The notes under the pieces are model-generated. The model was not told the origin of the DNA. It searched no databases and was given only the letters and a program-made list of their open reading frames with translations. A program made the position numbers and the translations under genes. A stretch of DNA of 32,764 bases from Octopus bimaculoides (Eukaryota). Shown in pieces: positions 1 to 11,325 of this stretch (position 1 is the stretch's first letter; the number at the start of each line of letters is the position of its first letter). Location of the stretch: positions 9,355,872-9,388,635 of the forward strand of contig NC_068989.1 in NCBI RefSeq assembly GCF_001194135.2. Direction: 5' to 3'.

Positions 1-33
<33 letters not shown>

Positions 34-109
34 TGCATATGTATATATATATATATTGGTATATATGATATCTATACTAAATATATATTCGGATAGTGAA
101 ATACGATCA

Positions 110-450
110 AAGGATTCAGAGTCAATGAAATGAATATAAACAATATAAACAATATAAGCTCTGCCGATGACACAGCATTGTCGGCAGACACACTCAAGAA
201 ACACTCAAGAAACACTCAAGAAACAGTTGAGTGTGTAAAGGGGGAAAAGTGAGAGGAAAGCTGTGAATATCAAAGTGAGAAAAAGAAGACAAAGGCAATG
301 GTTATTAGGGAGACAGAACAGAAGGAAGCAAATACATGTAAAGGTAGATATGGACAGAAACTGGAACGAGGGAAAAATCTTCAAGTACTTTGGACAAATA
401 GGAAATCAGGAAAGGTGATGTGAAGAAGAAGTTACTCAAAGAAACAACAA

Positions 451-488
<38 letters not shown>

Positions 489-735
489 ACATTTAATGTC
501 TGTAGTTCATGCTGGCGTGAGTTGGACGATTTGGCTAGGTTGGCATGCTGGAAGACAGTACCAGACTCCAGTCTGATTTGGCATGGTTTCTATGGCCGGA
601 AGCCCTTCCTAACATTAAAGAATAGACTGAAATGAGAGCTTGATGTATACATTGCAACACAGCACAAAGGATAATCAAGACCCTTCGCAAGCTGATCTCT
701 GCACAAAGATAGAGTACCTGGTTAATGTTATATAC
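110..735 (+). mobile_element. Decayed RTE-clade LINE reverse transcriptase fragment, split by a SINE insertion at 444-616
   Basis: Translation across frameshifts gives KGFRVNEMNINNI..SADDTAL (YADD equivalent), KKTKAMVI, FKYFGQI, CEEEVTQR. The frame resumes after the SINE. Motif order matches RTE RT domains. Confidence 0.8.
444..616 (-). mobile_element. 5'-truncated (GAT)n-tailed SINE (family D) with 6-bp target-site duplication
   Basis: Reverse complement of GTTAGGAAGGGC..CCAAC..CATG..ACATTAAATG(ATG)n; AAAGAA flanks both sides (438-443 and 617-622). Confidence 0.8.
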
Positions 736-799
736 ATGTCATCATCATCATAATCGTTGTCATCGTCATCATCATAACCCTTTTCACCATCTTCATCTC

Positions 800-1060
800 A
801 TGTCCACTTTCTCAGGCTGGTATGAGTTAGAGGTGGCATTTGAATCCAAGTCTGTTCTTATACAACATAACTGTCCTTCTCGTAAACAGAGTGTGCTGGG
901 TTCATTTTTATGAGGCCATCGTCACTAGAGACATTGTCTTCCACTGCAACCACAGGAAGGCTAAAAAGGCCCTAACACCTATGCTGCTTCCATTCATTGA
1001 CTCACTGCACCAGAGAAGTTATCTCCTCCTTGACACAATTTAAGGAGAGTCTCCTCTTCC
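800..1060 (-). mobile_element. Possible highly decayed RTE-like LINE 3' end
   Basis: GC-richer stretch whose minus strand ends in a (GAT)n tail; only loose resemblance to RTE C-termini. Confidence 0.25.
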
Positions 1061-1300
1061 CTGTATTGTAACTGTTTGCTTATTGCCGGGTATGTACCCA
1101 ACTGGGTACGTAGAAGAAACGTTTTGAATCACATCAGCCATACAGCTGTGCATTGCATCCATAATTACATAAACAATAAGGTAAAGAGGACCTGATGGTA
1201 GAAAACCAGATTAATAAGGGGGCAAGGAGTAGATAAAAGGGGAAGTAATAGAAAAGGGCCAGAGTGAAAGGAGATGGAGAGAGATCAAAGTGAGGAAGTG

Positions 1301-1306
1301 AGAGAG

Positions 1307-1346
<40 letters not shown>

Positions 1347-1365
1347 CGCACGTGTGTGTGTGTGT
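1301..1365. repeat. (GA)n(GT)n microsatellite
   Basis: Directly visible. Confidence 0.95.
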
Positions 1366-1700
1366 TTGTTAGGTACTGGTTTATAGATAAGTGAGTGCAA
1401 CGAAGAGAGGAGAGCATTAGATAGTAGCAATGTGGTTGACAACAAGAAGAATTGATATGAATATCTGTGTGTGAGTGTCCGTGTCCGTGTTGATAGATGG
1501 GTATATTTATGCAGTGTGTTCCAAGACAATAAATCACCAGTGATTGTAAACATCATTCATCAGATAGTTTAGTTATTAGACTGTTTGGCTGCAAAGTAAA
1601 ATGTACTCTTTTGGATTTAACACCTGCAGCCATTTCTTTCTAATTAACTTGATCACATGTATCAATATATCTCCTCACAACACTACATCTTCTCCATTTG

Positions 1701-1782
1701 AGAAGATGCCACGCAGTGGGACTGAACCCGGAACCATGTGGTTGGTAAGCAAGTTACTTACCACACAGCCACTCCTGCACCT
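1701..1782 (-). mobile_element. SINE family A, tRNA-derived head only
   Basis: Reverse complement of AGGTGCAGGAGTGGCTGTGTGGTAAG..GGTTCCGGGTTCAGTCCCACTGCGTGGC; A-box and B-box-like; near-identical to 8060-8137 and 20412-20490. Confidence 0.9.
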
Positions 1783-2225
1783 ATTAATAATATTAATAAT
1801 AATATTCCTTAATAATAAGATTTAAGTAGATTTTTTAGGTAGTTTTTATACATTTTGTGGTTTTTAGTAGTTTTCTAGACTAAGTATTTTTTCTAGATTT
1901 AACATGAATTTCCTAAACGAATCAATGGTTATATTAACAATGGAAACAGTATCCAATTCACTTAAGGAATTTCTCTTGCATAATATCAGATTTTATTGTG
2001 TTAACAAAACATAGACCAAGTGACAATTGCCCTTCTCAGACATTTCAGCACATTTTATCAGTAATTATTGAAAATCCATATGAGACACTGACCTTCCAAA
2101 ACAATATCCTCTTTTTATAATTTCTTCACTCAATTTGATCAATTCAGGACATCCAGGACAATCCGAATTGATAAATTCCATCCAACCCATGCATGCATGA
2201 AAATGTGGAAGTTACATTAAATCGG

Positions 2226-2301
2226 TGCTGTTGTTGTTGTTGTTGGTGGTGGTGGTGGCGGTGGTGGTGGTGGTAACGGTGGTGGTGGTGGTGGTGGTGG
2301 T
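2226..2301. repeat. (GTT)n(GGT)n microsatellite running into an assembly gap
   Basis: Directly visible; N run 2302-2710. Confidence 0.95.
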
Positions 2302-3261
2302 NNNNNNNNNNNNNNNNNNNNNNNNNNNNNNNNNNNNNNNNNNNNNNNNNNNNNNNNNNNNNNNNNNNNNNNNNNNNNNNNNNNNNNNNNNNNNNNNNNN
2401 NNNNNNNNNNNNNNNNNNNNNNNNNNNNNNNNNNNNNNNNNNNNNNNNNNNNNNNNNNNNNNNNNNNNNNNNNNNNNNNNNNNNNNNNNNNNNNNNNNNN
2501 NNNNNNNNNNNNNNNNNNNNNNNNNNNNNNNNNNNNNNNNNNNNNNNNNNNNNNNNNNNNNNNNNNNNNNNNNNNNNNNNNNNNNNNNNNNNNNNNNNNN
2601 NNNNNNNNNNNNNNNNNNNNNNNNNNNNNNNNNNNNNNNNNNNNNNNNNNNNNNNNNNNNNNNNNNNNNNNNNNNNNNNNNNNNNNNNNNNNNNNNNNNN
2701 NNNNNNNNNNTCGTCATAAAGTAACATCAGGAGTGCTGCATAATAAAATCATTAAGATTGCAAGTTTATAGTTTATATTCGGTACAAATGATCTAAGTAA
2801 ATTAAAACCACTTTTCTTATTCAGCTTTCTATTTCTTCAAAAACACTCAACAAATATGCAAAAATACTGGAATCATCATAATTTGGCTGACACTGGCTCA
2901 AACTTATAATTTAGAGAAATGTATTTACTGATACGTCTGAAGAAAGTAGCTCCTTAATGTATTTGAGAGAGAGAAATGACAAAGAATGAATGGTAACTAT
3001 TTTGTAGCTAAAAAAAAATCTGCAATGCAATGAATTAGAATTAGTTTTCTCTAGATGAAACCATCCATAATAAAAGAAGTTTAGAAACTAAATTTTGTTA
3101 AAAGAAATTTATAAAAATTAGAATTTTTAAGAATTTTCTAGACACTGTAGACTTTAATAATTGCTTTCTTTTAGTAAAAGTTATATATTCCCAACTAATT
3201 AATAAGCATATTTTTTCATTGTAGCATAGATTACATATTATTTCTTTCAATTTTCCTTTAC

Positions 3262-3438
3262 CAATGATGTCACAGCACTGTCAAGCTGACATACAATGCT
3301 CTCTTTCTCTTTGTCTCTTATGGCCATAAAGTTTGCTGTGTCCATTTCATTGTCCCTCTGCCATTCATTTGATATATGTCTCTTTTCAATGTCATTGTGT
3401 GATAATAAAGGTGTCTTGAGACCCATGATGAACAGGCT
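3262..3438 (-). CDS. Candidate 177-nt phase-0 exon of unknown product (SLFIMGLKTPLLSHNDIEKRHISNEWQRDNEMDTANFMAIRDKEKESIVCQLDSAVTSL)
   Basis: Minus strand ctaatatttccag| acceptor, open 59-codon frame, TTG|gtaaag donor. No homology recognised. Confidence 0.35.
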
Positions 3439-4666
3439 CTGGAAATATTAGGCAATTCTTCAGGATGTTCCTCTCTTCGACAAAGAATAATTAACCCAGG
3501 GAGAATTTTCACTTAACCATTCATGGCATGATCTGTGTAGCCATTTTGCATCCTTTTTGAAATCATAACACTGTGTAACAAAATTTTAATTTTTTTTATT
3601 TTTGCCTTTGGTCAGTAAGTGTTATTTCTTATTTGCTTCTATTTAGAAGTCAAAGGAAGTGACTACCATTCTCTTCAAACTATGTTTTTGCAACCTGGAC
3701 ATCAATGTTTTGAAACTGACCTATTTTCCATTACATTTCAAGCAGATTCAGCACTGAGTTGCTGAAGCAGAAATATCGTTATAGCAAATATTCTGTTCAA
3801 CACCACAGCCTTGCTTGTCAGTTGCTTGATCATAACCACTCGAGCATGTCCCTTCATGGCTGACAATATGTGTATCTCTGATCATGAGCAGGAGTAGTAG
3901 GAGAGCATCATAGCAATGTGTCGAGAGGGATTATGCGGGGTTTGAATAAATAAAATAAAAGCAAAGTTTGAAGGAAATATTAACAATTTTTCATACTTCC
4001 TAGGGGGTCAGCAAACAGGAAATAACAGTAGCTACCCAAGGGCAAAAATCTTGTTACCCAGTGAAATTTAAGTAACACTTCACATAAAGATTGTGAATAA
4101 AGCCATCAACTAATGAGTTTGTTTGATGAATAACTGTATTTGATAGCATAAAAGATACTTGAGCATATTAGACGTACCCTAATTTCAGTAATGCATATTC
4201 AGTCAAAAATGTCTTTTGTACATTAAAGATTAGAGGCAGCCCAATTTTATATATCAAATGTGAGGTGATTTCTTGAGATGTATTTTTGAAAAAAATATGT
4301 CTTATACACCATAAAATATGCCCACCAATACCGTCGCCATCAATAAATCAAAAACATTCATGTTTACTACAGTCAGATTTTAAATCTGGTATGGAAATGG
4401 TTCGAACATTCCTTGCACCAAACCTCGTAGAATCCTTTGTTGAAAGCAGTATCGGCCAACTAGCTTCCCTAGGGCTTTGACTATTCGGCGTCATAAAACA
4501 CCTTTGACTCTGAAAACTTTCGGTTGGTAAATTAATACGACAAGACTTGTCAACTATCAGTGTTTTCGTAATCAATTTGAAAATCCATTGCACAGGTGAT
4601 TAGCCCATTCAACTTCACCGTAGCCCCATTGGCCAGCTTTACCTGTTTCCATCTCTCTTTTTTTTG

Positions 4667-4930
4667 TTATAAAAAGTGGAAGTGGATTGGTAGCACAATT
4701 AGAAAAGACACACCAAATGTAGCGCAAAGCGCTTTACAGTGGAATCCGGATGGATATAGAAAGAAAGGCAGGCCTAAGAACTCGTGGCGTAGATCAACAC
4801 AAAAGGAACTAGAGAAAGGGGGACATTCATGGCAGAGTATAAGTACAGAAGCGAAAAATTATGCGACATGGAATTCAATTATAAGTGGCCTACACTCAGC
4901 GTTGGAGGGTTAAAGGCAAGAAAGAAAGAA
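4667..4930 (+). mobile_element. RTE-clade LINE 3' terminal fragment
   Basis: KKWKWIGSTIRK..NVAQSALQWNPDGYRKKGRPKNSWRRSTQKEL..LEG* is the typical RTE ORF C-terminus (W.WIGH.LR, AL.WNP.G.R.RGRP..TW), followed by a short AAGA-repeat tail. Confidence 0.9.
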
Positions 4931-5710
4931 TGGAAATGGTACTTGGTTATTTTTTAGGCTCATTTATTCACCTTCTGTCTAGTTTCATTTTCACCTAATT
5001 TTTTATTTATTTTGCATAACATTTCTAATGTCCATTTCTAAAACAAATTTATTAAACACATTAACTGCATGTACCACCAGTGGTTCATTGCAAATTTCAT
5101 ACAACTTCCTTATGCACCACTGATAGTGCATTTTCATAATTTGAAAAAATATTTTATTCTATGTTTTTGATGTGGTTTCAAGGATATTTAAATAATGTGA
5201 GTGCTAAATATTAAAGTTTAATTATGAGATATTGTAAAAATGCAAAGCAAATTAAATTTCCTTGTAATTAAGCAGGATGCAGTATGACCATGCAAAATCT
5301 GTGGCATCACTGGTAAGTTCCAGTAACAGGCCATGGTGGTTACTGTGTTAAGAACAAATCCTGATTAACTGAGTAAGCCTAGAAGCCTAGAGCATCATAG
5401 AAGTAACAATTTGATCTGACATCAATTTCACAACATTAATATTATTAGGAGAGTATTGTAGTTTGCTTGAAGCAATGTGCATTGTTTGTAAAGAATAAAA
5501 AGTGGTACAACAATGCACTATAATACAAAAAATGGACTATAATAACTGTTGTAATTTAGTTATTTATAGTCCGATGATATTTCGGAATACAATTCCTTCT
5601 TCAGATATTCTTAGATGGAGTCACTGCTATAATCTGTTTTCCAACGGTTTTTCTTTTTTTCGGAAGCGTCTCAGTAGTAGTCTCACGAAGCTCCTTCCAG
5701 AATTCCTCAC

Positions 5711-5733
5711 GAGAAGTGCGTGAAGTCAGCCAT
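5711..5733 (-). CDS. Candidate first coding exon MADFTHFS (phase 2)
   Basis: gagacATGGCTGACTTCACGCACTTCTC|gtgagg: good start context and a GTGAG donor. Confidence 0.3.
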
Positions 5734-5973
5734 GTCTCAATCTCGTGTGTGTTGTGTTGGTACATCTGTGGCATTGCTTCTAAGTTATGTGTTATACGTG
5801 CAGCTTCCCTTTTTTCCTTCTTTTTTTTCCTCTTTTTTTTTTTGTTGTAAATAATACATGAGCATGTTATTAAGAATGAACCTACACACATCCAGACATA
5901 GCTAAATAATATATTGATTAACAACCTCCAGTCTGTGTATGAAATTTCAAGTCTTGTGCCTATAATAGAAAGG

Positions 5974-5986
5974 ATTATTATTATTA

Positions 5987-6046
<60 letters not shown>
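5974..6046. repeat. (ATT)n microsatellite
   Basis: Directly visible. Confidence 0.95.
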
Positions 6047-6256
6047 TAATTTATAAGAACTGTGACAAAATAAAACAAATTTTAATAGGTTCTCTAAATT
6101 AATAAAAACATGCTTAAGTATAAGTTTCCATGGTGATCACCAAATGGTGAATAAGGTTATAAATTAACATGTGAGTCGGGAGAGGGGAGGGGGGCGTCAA
6201 GCCAGTGTTCACCTACCTAGATTTACGTTCACCCAAAGGATTCGCGACATTTTGTC

Positions 6257-6271
6257 ATGGTCGATGAGAAA
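6257..6271 (+). CDS. Candidate first coding exon MVDEK (phase 0)
   Basis: gtcATGGTCGATGAGAAA|gtgagt: consensus donor downstream of a GC-box-like and CpG-rich stretch. Confidence 0.4.
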
Positions 6272-7309
6272 GTGAGTTTCTGGGTATTGACAGGGTTCAT
6301 TAATAAAGTTTGACAGATAAGTTTGTTTAAAACATTAATATTACCAAAAAAAAAAAAACTTTTTCAGTTTTGATAAAAATTTCATCTTATGAACAATGAC
6401 AAACCATATTTTTCTCTCTCCAGAGATTGTTAGGTAAAAACGAACATAATGAGACGTGGTTATGTTTTAAACATAATACACACACAAAAACAAACGCATA
6501 AATAAACAAACATAGAATAAGATAATTTTGTTTGTTTCTATTAACTTCCATTATTAATTTACAGCATGCTATTTTAAATAATCAAACGTTGTTTTAATTA
6601 CACTAGACTTAAAAATACAGTGTGTCAGTAATTTCCTTTTTAAAAAGTTTCTTTTATGTTTAAATTTCATTTTTATTAAGCGAAGACAGTAATGAAAATG
6701 TTCTTTTTAAAAATGTTGGCATATTACTGTAGCCATAGTCAAAACTAACTTGTTTTATCAATTTCTCTTTTTTTTTTAACGGAAACTGGAAACTTTTTAA
6801 TGAGTTTACTCCTGATTGGTTAATTACAAGAATAACTTACTCTCATTAGCAGTATATTTCAATAAATAATGTATTAAAAATTATCATACTGCAAAACAAA
6901 TTACAAAATATGCTAAAATTTCTTGCCTTATTGTATAGTCTTTCGGCAACGTAGCTACATCCAAAACAGAAGAGAAGTTTTAGAATGAGGCAATTGGGTG
7001 CAACTCTTTGGTTGTTGATGGCTTGTCATGGCTGATTGAACACTCAGGCTGTTTTGGTGACATTATTTTTTTGATGCTGGTTGCAAACACACATATGCAT
7101 ACAAGTGTGCACACAGAACTATATGCATGCAGATAGAAAGAATGAGAAAGATAGTGGGAAAGAGAGAGAGAGAAAGAAACAGAGAAAGACAGTACACATG
7201 CATACAGACTTAAGTTGATGCTCACACACTTGAATGGTGAGAAAGGCAGAGGGGGGGGGAGACAAGGAGAGAAAGATTAAAATGTCTGATGCCTAATAAA
7301 ACTAACACT

Positions 7310-7620
7310 CCATTGGTTTATGACGATGAGTGTTCCAGTTGATATGATCAACGGAATAGCCTGCTCATGGAATTAACATGCAAGTGGCTGAGCACTCCAC
7401 AGACATGTGTACCCTAAATGTAGTTCATAGGGAGATTCAGCATGATACGGAATGTGACAAGGCTGGTCCCTTTGAACTACATGTACAACTCATTTTTGCC
7501 AGCTGAGTGGACTGGAGCAGCGTGAAATAAAGTGCCTTGCTTAAAGATACGTGCTACTGGGAATTGAACTCACAAACATATGATCATGAGCTGAATACAA
7601 TAACCACTAAGTGACATGCC
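7310..7620 (-). mobile_element. SINE family C, tRNA-derived
   Basis: Reverse complement aligns by eye with 24883-25215 (AGTGGTTA..GAGTTCAATTCC..AAGCAAGGCACTTTATTTCACG.TGCTCCAG.CCACTCAGC). Confidence 0.8.
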
Positions 7621-7752
7621 TTCATAATATCAAATAAATCAGTGTAGAATCAGAATTGAATCTGTGACACAAAGTAGGCAGTGCCAAAACAGCTGTGCCC
7701 AAACGTCCCATACTTGAGAAGTTTTGCATGGAGAGAAATGAAGTGAATTTGT

Positions 7753-8137
7753 TACTCTTTTACTCTTTTACTTGTTTCAGTCATTTGACTGTGGCCATGC
7801 TGGAGTACCGCCTTTAGTCGAGCAAATCGACCTCAGGACTTATTTTATCGGTCTCTTTTTGCCGAACTGCTAAGTTACAGGGACGTAAACACACCAGCAC
7901 CAGTTGTCAAGCAATGGTGGGGGGACAAACACAAACACAAAAATCCACATACATATATACATATACATATATACGACAGGCTTCTTTCAGTTTCCTTCTA
8001 CCAAATCCACTCACAAGGCTTTGGTCGGCCCGAGGCCATAGTAGAAGACCCTTGCCCAAGGTGCCACGCAGTGGGACTGAACCTGGAACCATGTGGTTGG
8101 TAAGTAAGCTACTTACCACACAGCCACTCCTGCGCCT
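7753..8137 (-). mobile_element. SINE family A, full-length composite copy (tRNA head, TA/TG linker, 3' module, GTAAAAGA tail)
   Basis: Near-identical in reverse complement to 20412-20895. Confidence 0.95.
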
Positions 8138-8589
8138 GTATAAATGCTCTGCTATGACCCAAGACGTTTAAGTCATATCCATTCATCTACTGAAATTGAT
8201 CCTAATCTGTCACTGTCCACGACAGGTTTTTTGACCCTGGCCTCTTAATCTAGGGTGATATTTAGTTTGTCAAGTAACTTACCGTACTGCTGCAGCAAGG
8301 AGAGAACTGAAATTCATAACACTCCTTATATGGGCCTATATGAAATATACATGAAACAGGTGAAATAAAACTAAATATTCATGATTAAATACCTGAGATG
8401 AATCACGGACATCACATGGGAAACAAGGTGAGAAACAGTCTCGTTTTCAGGAAATATCCAAGCTTAGGAAAGATATTTGTCTCCTGAAACTTTTTCTGGG
8501 TTGAATATCTTCAGTTTCCACAGAATTGGGGAGAATCAGTTGTGAAGACAGTTACTCTTTTATTCGTTTCAGTCATTTCACTGCGGCCA

Positions 8590-8836
8590 TGATGATGATG
8601 ATGTTGATGATGATGATGATGAGGAGGAGGAGGAGGAGGAGGATTACAACGATGATAATGACGACGACGACGATGATGATGATGATGATGATGATGGTAA
8701 TGATGACGATGATGATGGCAATGACAGCGACGACGGTGATGATGATGATGATGGTGATGATGACGACGACGATGATAATGACAATGACAACAACGATGAT
8801 AATTACGACGACGACGACGATGATGACGATGATGAC

Positions 8837-8885
<49 letters not shown>
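8590..8885. repeat. Compound (ATG/ACG/AGG)n trinucleotide repeat
   Basis: Directly visible; starts at the GCCATG of a truncated family A SINE tail (8552-8592). Confidence 0.95.
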
Positions 8886-8886
<1 letters not shown>

Positions 8887-9435
8887 GTGCATTATAAAGT
8901 CTGTGGGTGCTTTCTAAAGTTAGATAATACTTTGAAACTTTAATTCACTCTAAGTGTGGGATAATTGGTAAATCAGTTGCTGCCAGTAGTTATGGTTTGC
9001 TGTTGACCAAGAACTGGAGATATATAATTAAATGTCTGGACTTTATGTTGAATTGGCCAAATCTATGGAGCTTCAGGTAAAATGCCTAGCACTATTGAGT
9101 TATTAATATTTTGTGGTTTGAGTTCAAATCATGCTAAAATCACCTTCACATTACACGCTTCATCATCAGCCCTGGGACATTACTGTCCTGAGTCCTAAGA
9201 CTCATAGGGCTGGTACCTGTGTCAGAATTCCATAAAAAGGACCCATGCCAATGCCATGTAAAAAGTGGTGCTATGGCTTTTTGTCTGACGTCACTTCATC
9301 AAACGTCTTTTCATCCACATCTTTTCGTCTCTCTTCTTGTCCAATGGCAAATCCTACCAATAAAATTCTCAATGATTATTTGATTTTGATGTTCACCTTG
9401 TTTTCCAAAGAGTTTATTTAAAACTGGACAAGAAG

Positions 9436-9560
9436 ATCATCATCATAATCGTTTAATGTCTGCTTTCCATGCAGGCATGGGTTGGACGATTTGACTGGGG
9501 ACTGGTGAACCAGATGGCTGCACCAGGCTCCAATCTGTTCTGGCAGAGTTTCTACAGCTG
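9436..9560 (-). mobile_element. SINE family D fragment
   Basis: CATCAT..GTTTAATGTC.GCTTTCCATGC.GGCATGGGTTGGACGATTTGACTG..GGCAGAGTTTCTACAGCTG, matching 14637-14806. Confidence 0.85.
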
Positions 9561-9675
9561 TTTTATATATAGTTTATTAATGCCATTAATAGCTGACGAG
9601 AATGCATCGTAGCTCTTAGCTTCGGCATTTGAAACTCCGAGTACTGTTATGACAACTTACTGATTGTCCTAAACT

Positions 9676-9709
<34 letters not shown>

Positions 9710-10268
9710 TACAATTTAAAATTTCTCAGCAGATTTTCTGTATAGGAAATCTAAAGAGATAACTTTAAACTGTGATTGAATAGCACTGCTAACACAGGTA
9801 GGGCACAGCTTTGACTTGTAACCCTTTAACGTACTTGGTAGTATCTTATTGTTGCATAACAAAATACAGTGTCCCTACCAGCAATTAAAAGTTTTAGCAA
9901 TGTAATTTAAAAGGTCAGTTTACATTTTTATTTCATAATTTTATATTTATAGCTATGTTTTCACAATAAATTCTATTCCATTTTTAATATATTTAATAAA
10001 ATTTTCTTTAAAGTAGACTTATTTTATTACACTTAATTAAAGGTTGCCTTCAAATATGTTTTTCCCTGGTTCTTATCCAAACAATCATTCTACGAATATT
10101 AATGATGTCTAAATTATGCGTAAGACCATTTTCAGAAGAAAGTTATTATTAACCAAAGTGACCCTACTATTGGCACTTTGCACTGTTATTATTTTATCAA
10201 TCCTGAAGAATGAACATGAAAGTGTGTGTGGCTAGGTGACAAAAACTGGATATATAAATCTCTATTCT

Positions 10269-10420
<152 letters not shown>

Positions 10421-10542
10421 AGAATCTGTAGACATAATCTTAAATAGTGATTAAATCGCACTGCTAACACAGGTAGGACACGGTATATAGAAAATCTGTA
10501 GCGATAACTTTTTTTAAACTTTAGGAAAGTTAGAAAAAAATT

Positions 10543-10760
10543 TGGCAGAAATGTGAGAGCATGAGATAGAATATCTTATTCCAGTTACTTGCACTCTGAG
10601 TTCAATTCCTGCTGAAACCAACTTTGCCTTTCATCCTTTGAGGTTAGATAAGTACATCACCAGTGTAGGACAGTGGGCTAGCAGAGTCATTAGAGCATTC
10701 GACAAGATAGCATGCAGTATTCATTCCAGCACTTCACCTCATGAGTTCAAATCCTGAAAG
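10543..10760 (+). mobile_element. Two decayed SINE family B heads in tandem
   Basis: TGGCAGAA..GAGTTCAATTCC..ACTTTGCCTTTCATCCTTT, then a second GCAGAGTCATTAG..GAGTTCAAATCC. Confidence 0.6.
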
Positions 10761-11149
10761 TGGAGTTGATTCATTGCTTGGCTTAACACCACTGCCTGTT
10801 CCTTAGATACCTTTAGCAGACTCCACTCTAGTGCACGCATTTACATCAAATCTCCAATTTGAGGGTAGCTTCCTCATTCTTTCCCATTCGTCTCAAAGAT
10901 CCTGGAAAAAAGCTATGGGCCCTGCCCTGCTTTATTGATAAAGCAAAAAAAAAAATGAAACTACAAATGTGCTTTTTAAAGCAAAATTCAAACTGCTTCC
11001 AGAAGGTTGCAGTTTCCTAGTCACTATTTTTTTCTTGAGCCCTAAGAATCATTAGTCTGGTTACCTAGTTTCCAAGGAGTTAAGATCCCAATATTCCCCT
11101 TGAACAGGACATCTGTCCATTACAGGGTTCAATGCCACCAATTTTGAGA

Positions 11150-11325
11150 GAAGGGAGCAAATTGATTACATCACTAGTTTCACTAGTACTTATTTTATCA
11201 ACCCTCAAAGAGTTGAAAGGCAAAGGTGACCTGAGCAGGATTTGAACTCAGAAGATAAAGAACCAGAGGAAATGTCAGTAAGCATTTCGTTCGACATGCT
11301 AATTATTCTGCCAACTGACTGCTTT
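11150..11325 (-). mobile_element. SINE family B fragment
   Basis: GAAAGGCAAAGG..GGATTTGAACTCAGA..AAGCATTTC..ATTCTGCCAA is the reverse complement of the head seen at 26267. Confidence 0.65.

Larger units (their letters stand above)
5650..6271. promoter_or_regulatory. Candidate bidirectional promoter region with two divergent first exons
   Basis: CpG-retaining clusters at 5650-5760 and 6170-6270; CGGAAG ETS-like core (5661), repeated CTCACGA, G-rich GGGGAGGGGGGCG box (6184), TCGCGA and CGACATTTTG near 6242; start codons followed by GTGAG donors on both sides. Confidence 0.4.

Noticed and set aside
2093-2182. Minus-strand CPGC (CxxC) mini-ORF with AG|gtcagt donor
   Set aside because: It overlaps a decayed SINE end and has no acceptor or thioredoxin context.
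4575-4655. GQWGYGEVEW motif resembling an alpha-carbonic anhydrase N-terminus
   Set aside because: The frame stops before the expected QSP motif and there are no further CA exons.
5601-5924. 107-aa minus ORF with PKKRK NLS-like motif
   Set aside because: The N-terminal half derives from a poly-purine tract and no homology is recognised; the region is better explained as promoter and first exon.
8285-8336. Minus-strand 51-nt exon-like segment with ACG|gtaagt donor
   Set aside because: Isolated, no recognisable product and no compatible neighbouring exons; such sites occur by chance in 33 kb.
8398-8427. ATG..MNHGHHMGNK|gtgaga, resembling the His/Met N-terminus of copper transporter CTR1
   Set aside because: Only 10 codons, a weak GAG acceptor, and no CTR1 transmembrane or MxxxM exons found in the window; likely chance.
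8526-8897. 123-aa Met-rich ORF
   Set aside because: It is simply the translation of an (ATG)n microsatellite fused to a SINE tail.
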